A stretch of 60,986 nucleotides of DNA, filler included, from Stramenopiles sp. TOSAG23-3 (lineage: Eukaryota): the NCBI GenBank assembly GCA_900128585.1. It is 13 parts of 13 records of this genome, joined end to end, with 100 filler letters (N's around TTAATTAATTAA, not from the genome) between each part and the next. Parts side by side here need not be neighbours in the genome. Positions count along the whole stretch, not along the records: positions 42,352 to 46,937 come from LT643770.1; positions 47,038 to 51,620 come from LT643771.1; positions 51,721 to 56,303 come from LT643772.1; positions 56,404 to 60,986 come from LT643773.1; 9 more parts are not named here. One strand, 5' to 3'. Below, in pieces: positions 46,753-58,060 of the stretch. Under the pieces are notes generated by a model, which worked only from the letters and a program-made list of their open reading frames with translations, made no database searches and had not been told where the DNA came from. The position numbers and the translations under genes are program-made. Positions within the stretch are counted from its first letter, which is position 1. The number at the start of each line of letters is the position of its first letter.

Positions 46753-46849
46753 ATTTATATAGGTAAATATTACAAGTACGATATTAAAAAAGTTTTTGAT
46801 AAATAATAAAATTCCATGTTTTGTACTTGTAATATTTACCTATATAAAT
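46753..46849. repeat. Perfect 27-bp inverted repeat with a 43-nt spacer
   Basis: atttatataggtaaatattacaagtac (46753-46779) and gtacttgtaatatttacctatataaat (46823-46849). Confidence 0.9.
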
Positions 46850-47091
46850 GCGTAGAGTGCTCAGTTACAAAAAGCTAGTAAACACCCCAAATATGTGACT
46901 ACTACTACTATTAATACCTCCTCTTCTACTTCTTCGANNNNNNNNNNNNNNNNNNNNNNNNNNNNNNNNNNNNNNNNNNNNTTAATTAATTAANNNNNNN
47001 NNNNNNNNNNNNNNNNNNNNNNNNNNNNNNNNNNNNNAATATATTACTTATAAATAACAGCCAATTTTTTGATTTTTAAATATCTGGTTGA

Positions 47092-50000
47092 TCAGAGAAA
47101 TGCCACACCAGTTTTTATCTGCCTTTCAGTGTTATCTCCCCTTCCCATCTCAGATTCCCATTTGCCGAGTTCAACGTCTTCACCACTCCCTGGACGCTGG
47201 GCAGACGGCTTTGCGGCTACTGACGGGGCAGTTGTTGCTGCCGCCGTTGCAGGTGTTGTAGATGGTACGGACGTTTCGTTTTTTTCAGCCATTGCGACGG
47301 CATGCCCAGAAGACATCTCGACTTCTTTCGGCTGCCCGACTTTCTCTAAATCGACATGCGCTCTTGGTTTAACGGGGCACATTCCAAAGCGAAAGGCCAT
47401 TGCGCCAAGGAAGCCTAGTACGATGATCGAAATAAGGATGGCAATTAAAGGATCGAAACCGCCTTTATCCTCTTTGTCACCCGCCTTTACAGCAGTAGGT
47501 GCGCTTGTAGTCGTCGGTGTTGCCACCCCAGAGCCAGAGCCAGAACCAGAAACGTTCTTTTCATACATAACGAACATCACAGGGTCGTATGAGTAAGAAG
47601 AAGTTTGCTCCCCCAGGATTGCATAGTCTTCCGTTGTCACTTGTGTTTGAGACGCAAGCGTGCCGCTAGTGCCCTCTACTCCCCATCCCGTCTCTGCGTC
47701 CTCTTCCATTTCAGCAAGTGTGGTTGAGTCGACGTCGTTGGCAGTGGTGATCTCTAATCTACGCCTGTGCCGTTGCTCTGTGCGCAATAACCGCCGTCGT
47801 GAAACATCACAGGTGGAATCGCAACATGCCCAGTTCAACGAGTACAAATTGTTTTTTGCACACGTGCATTCTTGGAACCATCCCAACGACTTTGCTTTCC
47901 CCCACGTCAAGCGTTTGTCATTGTACAACTGAACCGGGTCTCCCAGCTTTGCAAAAGTGTCGTACTGTAAAATTGCAATCTCTTCCACGCGACCTAGAAT
48001 GCTGTAGTACTTCTTGATAAACCCGCGTAGTTTTTTGTGTGACTTTCTCTCCAAAACACGCCCCGTTCGGCCCCACACCGCCCAAACGTCTCCCCCGAGC
48101 GACAGTTTATCCTCCGTGCACGACGACGATGCCATTTTGCTTACATGTCCAACTGGAATTTTTTGCTCCAGCTCCAGCAGCCACGCTAATGTCGCAGTAT
48201 GATCATTTCCGGCAAGGCCGTAATCAAACTGGTCTGCAGCGTGCCCAACCAGCATTGTAAGCAATTTGGCAAATGCGCCAGCCTTCATGTCTGCTAGGGC
48301 AAAGTTTGTACGTGTCGATAGGGAGTAGTCACCACATTCGTTCCATGCCAGTTGCACCGCAGTGCTTTCATAGCCTTTGGCTGTCCCAATTCCCACACCG
48401 TAAGCAGTCTTGTAACAAGGTAAAATGGATGATTTTAGCGCTATGCGGGTACCAGCAGCATTGCACCCTGGCGCAACAGCGTCGATTTCACTCAATATAA
48501 ACGCAAGCGGGCCCGTGCTTGTGCTAGCTTCGCACTTGTATACAGTGGCAATCGCAGTAAGGTACTTTTCGTAAGTCTTTACGTACAAGGACGCGTGGGG
48601 CTTGAAAATCTCAAATGCCCTTTCAATCAATCGATCATCTGTGATTGTTGTCAAGCTGATGTGAGCAAACAGCAAATCCCATGCTTCAATATTATGCGGG
48701 TTCCCTTCTAATGCGCTCAATAAAATAGACGCGACGTGGTTAATATAGGCAAACCCTTCGTTTGTGTATACATTTCTAAACAAAAGCATTGCTAGTCGTA
48801 CATCGAGATAACTGTCTAAACCAACATTCATAGCCTGCGCTACTGCTTCCGCATAGTCAACTTGGGCAGCCATATTCTTGCGGGTTCCTGGAACATCATC
48901 GGTTGGAATAGAATTTTCAAATGTGGTATCAAAGGAGCCATAAATCCTAGAAACAAAATTAGTGTTAGAACGAGATAAGAGGAAGAGCTTACAAAAATGT
49001 TAAACTTACCATGCAAATTTTTGCATTTCCCATTTTCCTGCCAAATTGCGTTGATAATTTATTCCAGCTGCATGCCGGGGCTGCCCAACCATGGCCGAAG
49101 GTGCCCCGCGACATGCCAGATTACCAATTATGATGTACGCCAATCGACCACACATGCCCCCATCTTCAGGAATTCGCGAAATTGCTTCCGGGTGCCACTC
49201 CGATTCTTTGCAAACAACCTTGGTCTTGGTGTAAGCGATGTTGTAAAAGCCCCATGTCGAATCGATTGCTTTCGTTGGCCGGCCTTGATCTGTGAAATTT
49301 GTACTGTCTGCGGTTGCGTCATACCTGCTCCATACCCAATCGCACTCCCTGGTAGGAAAGTGACTTGTTGCCAGCAATACCAGAAGTGGCCACGGCGAAT
49401 CTTTCAAAGGGTAAACAACGGACGCGTTTGATTTCAATTTTTCAAGCAAATAATGCAATGCGCCAACTGGGGCAGGATTTGGTTCTCTGTACAGGGGCAT
49501 TTCAGTCTGGCCTTTGCCGTTCACTAAATTGGCAAACGTGCATTTCCGCAGCAATTCTTCTCCTTCTCGAATTTGGCTGACCAAAGAAGACGTTGAATTC
49601 GTGATTGACTTAAAATTTCTGTACTTAAACGCAAACGCTAGCATGATATCAGCGATCTCGCTTGTATCGTGCTCTGATGCCAGGAAGTTTCGCAAATACC
49701 GCAAGTGTTTCAGCACGTTTGGGTGGGTAGGAAACCCAAGGCTGTACAGTGACTTGCGAAGCGAAACATCTTGTGCAGTTGTGCCCGTGTTGCTCTGAGG
49801 GACAGAATTAACCCAACTCCAAAAAGGGTCATTTTCATCAAATGTGCTCGTTTGCCGAGCCAACGCCTCGTTCGCATTTAGGATCTTGTTCGCCAGCGCT
49901 GAGCTCCAAGAGCCCGTTGCGCCCGCATTTTTGACCGCCTCGATCCATGCGGGTTGGGGGTACGACTTGATAAAACCACGCCGTAAGAGCAAGTGGTGGG

Positions 50001-51620
50001 TATTGCTTCTTATCAAAGGGGACCACTGCAATAGATTCGGGTTTACTAGGCTGCACTCACCACCGCTGGCATAGCCAGAGAACGTAACGGCGGGGCACCC
50101 AGTGGTGCCTTTGCATGCAGCTACACACCCTGCAGAAGTGGCGGTAAATGCGTTCATTACTGCCGATGTTGTGCGGTACTCTAAAAGAATAAAATCTGAT
50201 GCGGGGTCAATGACTGGTAAGTTCGGAGACTTTGTCCAGTTCTGTCGAGGCAGAGCGTATGAAGGTGGAGTCGGCTCGGTGAAAGTACACGTTTCCGCTT
50301 CCTTCGGTTTTGAAGACTCGTCACATCGGTCGTAGCACGACTCGCAGCTAATACCGTCGCCTGTCAGTGAATTTACGCAACTGCAGGAAACGGTCCGTAC
50401 TTTTACGCCACCTGTTTTGGGCAAGATCGCTTTTGTACAGCTTCCCCAGCTGCCAACGCTCCATCCCGTTGATTGCGAATTTGTGGCATTAGGATAACAT
50501 CTGGTCTTCACGACGCATCTGCTATCTGCATCGGCTTTCTCGTAGCCATCCAGACAAGTGCACTTTTCACCATAGCTCCACGGCGAACCTTGGTTGTATA
50601 TTTTTTCGCAACGGCCGTACCCGCAGGTCTCCCCATTGCTCAAGACGTTTGAGCACTTGGCACACAGCTTCTGAGAGTTGCACGATTGAATCGTCAAGGG
50701 TCGGTTGTAGGCGCATTCGGATGCTTTTGCGGCAGTCCCGTTTGTCCAAGCACACAAATTTTTGCGCGATTGAGTTGGCAGAACTTTCGTCTTAGTGTCC
50801 TTAATGCAATCCGCAGAGCATTTACCGAAAGGCAAAGAGATCCATTCCTTGTACTCGTCATGGGGCTGCTCATAGCATTCGTATTCTCTGTTCGCGTTGG
50901 GTGTGGGGTCTGCCACAAAGCAGCAATGGTAAAACTCACAAGCTCGCCTGCGAATATCAACCGATATCGAATTTCGGCGATTGTCGGAGGCATACAACGA
51001 ACATGCCCTTCTACCAACATCTTTCCGGCACTGCAAGTCGCAATGAAACATATTGCAGTATTGGCTGGAGGGGAGCTTGGGTGCCCAAGAGCAATAGGAA
51101 TCGTCTACTTGTTTGCTGAGGACGGGAGAAGAAAGGGGTGCACAAAACACTGTTCTATTTTGTACCCCAGTGCCGCACGCTTTGTTACATGAGCTCCAAG
51201 GAGTGCCGACCCATTTGAAGGCATCTAAACGCAAGAATATATCTTTCGGGACGTTGAGTGGTTGAAAAGAGAAGAGGTCGGCAGCATTTGCCGGATGTTC
51301 GTATTCGACCGGTGTGAAAACAGCCTTCCCGTACGTTGTCTCTTTCGGATGGTACGCCTTAACGGGACGCCCATATGGCGTTGCAGATTCCGTGCAAGTT
51401 CCTGAATGCATACGGCACACAGACCCGCCATCTCTAGACTCTGCTGCCATGCAGCTCCCTGTATTGGAACAGAGGGACAAACAAGCAGCAGCATCGGCAA
51501 CGTTGGAGTCTGTGAAGGACCCATCGCATTCAATGTTTTTGCAGGTACGTTTAAAGCCGGAGTTGGTTGGATCTGTCATTGTCACGGCTGCGCATAACAG
51601 TCTTAATTCACCCGTCCATA
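47092..51620 (-). CDS. Large type I membrane protein with PAN/apple-like, TSP1 and EGF-like modules and a transglutaminase-like segment; 5'-truncated; intron 48947-49009
   Basis: WSSCNKACGTGVQNRTVFC-type TSP1 repeats, an EGF-like Cys cluster, and a TM helix PLIAILISIIVLGFLGAMAF. A 63-nt GTAAGT...CTAAC...CTAG intron joins ORFs 49006-51585 and 47092-48873 in frame (FAW-IYGSF). Confidence 0.8.
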
Positions 51621-52733
51621 NNNNNNNNNNNNNNNNNNNNNNNNNNNNNNNNNNNNNNNNNNNNTTAATTAATTAANNNNNNNNNNNNNNNNNNNNNNNN
51701 NNNNNNNNNNNNNNNNNNNNAACAAACACGAACCAATGAATGAGTGACCGATAAATTTCTAAAGAAGATGTTAGTATCACAATCAATTTAATAGTTTTTA
51801 GTCAAAGTCAAGGACTGCTGATTCGAACTCATCAATTTGCACCGTTGAACTTCTCCTTTAAAAAATCTATTGATAGTGTTGTTTTCGGCGACCGCGGTGG
51901 TATTTTTGACTCCACCACCGGTAGGGTAGGTATAATAAAAGTGGAAGAAGAAGAGAAGGAATAATAAAAGCTTCTTATTTTATTTTATTATTCTATATTT
52001 AAATATATACGACTACTACTAATAATAATAACGATGTACATAATAAGAAAAAATAAAAATTAGAAAGAAGAACGGTACTTTTATTTTATTTTATTTCCTT
52101 TCCCTTCCTTCCTTCCTTCCTTCCTTCCTTCCTTCCTTCTTCAGTTCAGTCCCCTCCGTCCTCCGTCCTCCGTCCTCCTCCCTCCGTCGTACCCCTATGA
52201 TAAATAAAATGTATTACAAGGGTACGGTATGAATACCCACCTGTACGAAAGGCCATTGAAATAAGAAGTATAGCTAATAGGTATATAAGTACGAGGAGGA
52301 AGTAATAAAGATTTCCTTTTTTTCAACTAACTGTAACACCCATTGTCACATATACGAGGGCATCCTCGTATTGCATAGACTACCGGTACATTATAATACC
52401 TGTAGTACCGCATTGGCATATAGAAGATAGTACCAAAATAAGAATAAGAATAAGAATATAGGAGGAAAAGGGGATAATAATAAAATATGGTAGTAGGGGT
52501 CGTCCTCCTAAAAATAAAATAAAATAAAAAGAAAGAAAGAATTAATTAATTAATAGATTTATATATAGACGAGACAACGAAAACTAATTTGGATTGATTC
52601 AACCCTTTTATCTCTTTTGTGTGTGTACGCACTCTTACTTTCTGTCTCTGTCCCACGCGCACACCCTTTTTCATACCGATTGATTCCCGCTCGTTGCGTT
52701 ACACTTTCTTTCCCTCCTCGGCGTTTCTCCACC

Positions 52734-54257
52734 ATGCACGCAAGCACCACCGCGCACCGGGACCTTGCGAAAATAGTGCAGTCCAACAAGTACAACAAGA
52801 AGTGTGCGGACTGCAACAAAAGCAACCCGACGTGGGCTTCCACGAATTTGGGGTGCTTCATGTGTCTAGAGTGCAGCGGCATACACCGCGCCATCGGCGT
52901 TCACATCACTAAAATCAAGTCCATCACTTTGGACAAGTGGCACCCGCACGAGGTGGAGTTTATGCGCAGTATGGGAAACTACAAGCACAACGCGCTGTGG
53001 GCTGCCTTCTTGGACGCGGGGATCGGTATTAGACCGACCTCTTCGATGCGGGAACGGGACACCTTTATACGGCTAAAGTACGAGCGAAAAAAATGGTGGT
53101 CCCAGGTGCCGTTGCCCAAGAACAAACAGCCGGAAGAGGACGACGTCCCCGCCGAGCAGCAGGAGCAGTTCCTGACCGCCGCCCAGCGGGCCAAAGTGAG
53201 GCGGGAACGCGCCGCGAAGGAAGCGGAGGCGCGCAAGAAGGCGGATCAGGAGGCGGCGGAACGTGCCCGGGAGGAGGCTTTGGAACAGAAGAAAAAGGAC
53301 GATGACAATGCCGCTCGAGAGTTGCAGAGGAAGAAAGAAATGGAAGAGCGGCTCGCGCACCGAGCCAAGATTAAGGCTGCGGAGGCGGAAGCCCGCGCGG
53401 CGCGAAAGTCGCGCAGGGCGCGCCGGCGCAGCAAGGGAGATTCCGCGGCCGCGGCCGCGGCCGCGGGCGGGGGCGACCTTTTTGAAGGGCTGTCCAGTGC
53501 TGGGACGGGGGGAGGCGGAGACAGCGGCGCCGGCGGAGAGGCCGACCTGTTCGCCGGCTTGAGTGGCCCGTTGTCGTCGGTCCCGCAGGACACGTCCGAC
53601 GACTTGCTAGGGTTCCCGGCACAGACGGCTGCCCCAGAGTCGGCCGAAGGCGAGCTGGCGCAGCAGTCGGGGTTTTCGTTTCTGGCGGCGCCGCCGCCCT
53701 CGGAGGGTCCACCGCTGGAGCCCGCCCCATCGATCCCCAGCAGTGCTGCGTCTGGGTTCTCTTTTCTGAATGCAGTGCCGCCCGCTGCGAATACCCCACC
53801 CCCGACTATGAAACCGCCGGCAGCGACCAAGGTGGAAGACCCGTTTGCTGGGTTGAACGTCAAGGATGCGGGCCTGGTTTCAAACGATGCCCCAGAAATT
53901 ATGCCTGCGGAGGCGGTGCCTCAGGCAAGCATTGCACCGACCGCTATGGCACCGTCGCACAGTCCTGCATATCCGCCCGCCGATGTGGCTGGGAATGCGG
54001 CTTCGCCAGGCTCTGGCAACCTTGAAGAGCGGGTCGCTGCCATGGAAACAACCTTGGGCGGGGTCCAGTCCACTTTTCAATGGTACGTAGAAGCGCTAAA
54101 TGCATTTCATGTCGCCAAGGCAAACCTGGTGCAGGTCGAAGGTGGCCTTCGGGACGTGGTAACCAGTGATCCGCAATTGCAGGAGCGTATACAGTACTTG
54201 AAAGAGCAAGTGCAGGCAACGCATGGCTTTTTAGAGCAAAATAAAGTGACGCTCTGA
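52734..54257 (+). CDS. ArfGAP (SMAP/AGD5-like)
   Basis: CADC-x16-CLEC zinc finger, SGIHRAIGVHITKIKSITLDKW, FIRLKYERKKW; tail with DLF, DLL and DPF adaptor-binding-like motifs. Confidence 0.92.
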   Translation: MHASTTAHRDLAKIVQSNKYNKKCADCNKSNPTWASTNLGCFMCLECSGIHRAIGVHITKIKSITLDKWHPHEVEFMRSMGNYKHNALWAAFLDAGIGIRPTSSMRERDTFIRLKYERKKWWSQVPLPKNKQPEEDDVPAEQQEQFLTAAQRAKVRRERAAKEAEARKKADQEAAERAREEALEQKKKDDDNAARELQRKKEMEERLAHRAKIKAAEAEARAARKSRRARRRSKGDSAAAAAAAGGGDLFEGLSSAGTGGGGDSGAGGEADLFAGLSGPLSSVPQDTSDDLLGFPAQTAAPESAEGELAQQSGFSFLAAPPPSEGPPLEPAPSIPSSAASGFSFLNAVPPAANTPPPTMKPPAATKVEDPFAGLNVKDAGLVSNDAPEIMPAEAVPQASIAPTAMAPSHSPAYPPADVAGNAASPGSGNLEERVAAMETTLGGVQSTFQWYVEALNAFHVAKANLVQVEGGLRDVVTSDPQLQERIQYLKEQVQATHGFLEQNKVTL

Positions 54258-54340
54258 CGAGAATTTGAACGCTCGTTCTTAAACGTGTTCGATAAACGTG
54301 CACCGACACGAGAGAGACACAATTTTTATATCATAATTAC

Positions 54341-54433
54341 TTAAATAACAGCCAATTTTCTTGTTTTTAATTATCATTAAGGATTTAAAGAAACTTTAAG
54401 TCTTTAAAAACAAGAAAATTGGCTGTTATTTAA
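54341..54433. repeat. Perfect 30-bp inverted repeat made of motif B of the dispersed element
   Basis: ttaaataacagccaattttcttgtttttaa (54341-54370) and ttaaaaacaagaaaattggctgttatttaa (54404-54433). Confidence 0.92.
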
Positions 54434-54513
54434 AGTAATATAAAGTCTTTCAAAGGTTTTTACACCAAAACAATTACGTGCGTATATCAAACTCTTCCCG
54501 TGCATCTCACTTC

Positions 54514-55827
54514 TCAACTCTTCTTCTTTGCCGCTGCGTTCTGATCCTTCACCATCCCCTTCGCCCATGGCGGAGTAGGCAGCGAGCCAAATGGCGTTTC
54601 TACTGCTCCCTTTTTCTTCATTTTTCGCTTGTCTCGGCCCCGCAACTTATTGTCTAAACTCTCTTTTTCTACTGCGTCCGTCCACTCCAGGAACCCTACA
54701 ACCTTTGACCGTGCAATTGTCAACTGACCGCTTGGGAAGGAAAGGCCCGGAACGCACTGTAATTTACTGGCCTCCACTTCATCCAACATTCCAAGCTTCC
54801 ACCTCCTCACTACTTTTGATGTTACAACTTCTAACTCGTACAGATATCGCAGCAGCACCATGGTTTTCTGCGAATCGTACACCTCTTCCTGCGTCACGAG
54901 CCGTCTCTCGACGTATGCCATGAGAAGAATTTCCGCGTCCGCCGCCAAATGATGGTTCCGTATAAACAATTTTTGCAACATAATCGGGAACAGTCGCTCC
55001 AACGTATCGAATGATTCCGTGTGCAGTATAATCTCAAACCAAAACCGAAAACGTTGGATTCCCTCTACACTATATTCACTTATCACGTGATTCGCCTTTT
55101 TAAAGAACTGGCGTCGCTGCTTCGGCCCTTTCTTTACGAAAGTCAAGATGTACTGGCTGAAATTTGTATGGTTGTTCTTAGAGAGCGCGACGTACGCTGC
55201 GTGGCAGCGCTCGACGCTGTCCCGGTGCAGGAGCTTGTACTTTAGCTGCCGTGCCCTTTTTATCCGCTTCTGCTCCTTGGCATTTGCGGTCTCGAATCGG
55301 TTGATGTTCGACTTCATGTTGTAAATGTTACGCTTCATCCACTTGTCGTTGTTCTGGCGCTCCCACGTCATCTGCCGTGCATTTTTGTAACCCTGCTGCA
55401 GCCCGAGAACCTCTGCGCCCTTCGGGAAAGGGCTCTTTGTCTTCTTCTTCTTGCCGCTGCGTATCGACCTACCGTTTCTATTTGGGGATGGGCTGGTAAA
55501 GTAACCGGCGTTGGATGGCTTTGATGGTGTCCTGATAGAGCCCTCTTTTTGTCTCTCCTCCTTCAGAGTCTGCGACAGCGTCGGTATCGGGGCCGCGAGC
55601 GTCTTTAGGCGCGCCCCACTGTCGGCGGGGGCCTCCGTGTCCTGTATAATCTTTACCAAACCCCCCCCCTCGTCTGATCCTAAACTCGTCGACGTGTATT
55701 TTGCCTGTGCATCATACGCGTGATCTTCAGCAGGGCGGCCAGAGGCTTCATTTTCGTAGTGTCTTACCATTTCTTCCAAACCTGCCATGTCCATTGGCGA
55801 CGACGTGGATAGCCCACCGTCTTCCAT
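54514..55827 (-). CDS. Hypothetical protein with a C-terminal W2-like (eIF5/eIF4G/eIF2B-epsilon-type) domain
   Basis: 437-aa ORF; LLRYLYELEVVTSKVVRRW...VGFLEWTDAVEKES resembles the two aromatic/acidic boxes of W2. Confidence 0.55.
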   Translation of the reverse strand: MEDGGLSTSSPMDMAGLEEMVRHYENEASGRPAEDHAYDAQAKYTSTSLGSDEGGGLVKIIQDTEAPADSGARLKTLAAPIPTLSQTLKEERQKEGSIRTPSKPSNAGYFTSPSPNRNGRSIRSGKKKKTKSPFPKGAEVLGLQQGYKNARQMTWERQNNDKWMKRNIYNMKSNINRFETANAKEQKRIKRARQLKYKLLHRDSVERCHAAYVALSKNNHTNFSQYILTFVKKGPKQRRQFFKKANHVISEYSVEGIQRFRFWFEIILHTESFDTLERLFPIMLQKLFIRNHHLAADAEILLMAYVERRLVTQEEVYDSQKTMVLLRYLYELEVVTSKVVRRWKLGMLDEVEASKLQCVPGLSFPSGQLTIARSKVVGFLEWTDAVEKESLDNKLRGRDKRKMKKKGAVETPFGSLPTPPWAKGMVKDQNAAAKKKS

Positions 55828-56923
55828 AACCGTGGCGTCGGAGGAGGAGAGTGGAAAGAGGCCTGCAAACCTTTACGAACCCAAAAAGCGCAAACAAACG
55901 AATATATACAATCTTTACTTACACATACAACACGAAGGAAACCCTTAAAAATTTTAAAACTTGGAAGATACATTGTATAATAATAGTAAATTCCAACTTC
56001 TTCTAAATAAATAGCTTATAATTGTGTACAATTTGAACACATGGTTTTTATTTCAATAATAAAATAATAATGTTTTTACAACTACTCCACAGATGTGTCC
56101 TATTCTATTTCCTTGTAATTTTGTTTTCTCCCTAACGGTTCTTGGTTTCTTCTTCTTGGTTCTTTTTTTTTCTTATTATTATTCTTCTTCTTCTTTCTAC
56201 TAAATTTGATTCTTCTAATAGTCTAGTAATAGTAGAGCTTTTCTTCAATAAAATTAGTTCCTTTCTTTCTTTCATTCCTTTTTTTTTATTATTCGCCATT
56301 TTTNNNNNNNNNNNNNNNNNNNNNNNNNNNNNNNNNNNNNNNNNNNNTTAATTAATTAANNNNNNNNNNNNNNNNNNNNNNNNNNNNNNNNNNNNNNNNN
56401 NNNTTGGCTGAAGCCATCGAGGATCCTTTCGGGCCCTAGCTTATTATACCAATAAACTCAAACGTCTTGTGATCATTATAAACTATTTAAATAGCAAAGA
56501 AAAAAGAAACTCAGCACAGCCACAGTATGATAGAATACATTAAACCAGGTTAATAAGGAAGAGCTGCAATCATCCATCCATCGATCAGTTTCAGAAATTT
56601 TTTTAAAAAAAGAAGAAAAAGAAAAAGGGAAAAATAAAATTTTAGAGATAATATATTTAATGCTGTGTTTATATTATAATATATAAATAGCTTATATAAT
56701 TATACTTTAAAAAAAGATGATTAATTTTTTAAACAAAAAAAAGTACGAAATGAATGTTGTCTTACAATAATACGATAGTAGGTAGAATAAGAGCGACGAA
56801 GAAGATGTTCGCTTCTCTCACACATGTATTATAACTAACTAAATCATCTCATAAAAAATTAGTTAGAGACTTGACTAAAGATATATATATTTTTTATATT
56901 AATTATCAACTAATATAAGTCGT

Positions 56924-58060
56924 CTAAACAAGTGCAAGGAATCTTCTCAAGGTGTGTAAGTCCACGTAACAATTCGCACTACAGGACCATTGACATACAA
57001 TTTTCGGGCGTTCCCATGCGCTTAGATCCGTAAAGGCTTCCTTTTTATCGCAAATATATATGAGAATCGTGGTTGTGGATAAAAGCATGCAGGTGCCCTT
57101 TGGTAGAAAACGAAGGCGTTTTAGTCCTTTCCGTGGCAGAATCCTGTATTTTCTTGTCGTGTCCTGGCTGGCTGTGGTTGCTTCCCCGAAAGCATACTCG
57201 TACCGCGCGACAGCACCGCTTTTTTGAGATACATCTTTAAAAAAACCCTTTCCTTGGTTTATAAAAAGACGAACGTTCGTCGTGTTCAAAGTGTCTACAG
57301 GCGCTTCTGGGTGGTCACATTCTTTGTCTAACCAAGGCAGCCACTCTGTCGTCAGCAGATCAAGCATCCCGTCATGGTCCACATCAGCGGCAGCGATACT
57401 AAAGCCCGCCGTCATCTTGTTGTTCTTCTTTAAATTGGCCAGTCCGCGGGGCACAGCTTCCTCCGTAAAATGCCCAAACCCATTGTTAACGAACAAAAGA
57501 AATCGCAACTCGCCGACTGTTGAAACGTAAATGTCCAAGTCTCCGTCATTATCGATGTCTACGAATAGGCAACCGTTTGAATGAACTCGCTTCGTGAACG
57601 ATTTAATGTTTGCTTTTTCGGATATATCTTGAAACCGAGTGCCATTGATGTTGTCGTGACTGCTGCGGTACAAAATGTCGTACCCATTCATTCGCGCGTA
57701 ATAGATATCATCGATCCCGTCGCCGTCTGCGTCTCCGACACATGCACCGCCTGTGAGCCGCTCCACTTGGCAGAATCCACCCCGGTCCCATCGATGGAGC
57801 GTATTGTCGAACATTGGAAAAATGCAATTTGGGCTTGTCTGTACTTGGCATTGCTTTCCTCGGAGCCCTACCTCTTTTCCGACGTCGGTAAAAAAAACCG
57901 TCCTGACATTTGCAGCATTCTGGTTCGACGGGGACCCATCGCCTTGCCTCGGGCGTATCAAGCATGCCGATGGCTTGTTGAATCCGTTTACATAACAGAT
58001 GGACTGTGAGAAGAGGTAAAGTGCTAAAGGTAAGAAACCTGCTCCCAGGAAACGCTTCAT
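56924..58060 (-). CDS. Secreted FG-GAP/VCBS-repeat protein (CRTAC1-like), C-terminus doubtful
   Basis: Signal-peptide-like MKRFLGAGFLPLALYLF; GDADGDGIDDIY, VDIDNDGDLDIYV, ADVDHDGMLDLL, FTEEAVPRGL. Confidence 0.7.
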   Translation of the reverse strand: MKRFLGAGFLPLALYLFSQSICYVNGFNKPSACLIRPRQGDGSPSNQNAANVRTVFFTDVGKEVGLRGKQCQVQTSPNCIFPMFDNTLHRWDRGGFCQVERLTGGACVGDADGDGIDDIYYARMNGYDILYRSSHDNINGTRFQDISEKANIKSFTKRVHSNGCLFVDIDNDGDLDIYVSTVGELRFLLFVNNGFGHFTEEAVPRGLANLKKNNKMTAGFSIAAADVDHDGMLDLLTTEWLPWLDKECDHPEAPVDTLNTTNVRLFINQGKGFFKDVSQKSGAVARYEYAFGEATTASQDTTRKYRILPRKGLKRLRFLPKGTCMLLSTTTILIYICDKKEAFTDLSAWERPKIVCQWSCSANCYVDLHTLRRFLALV

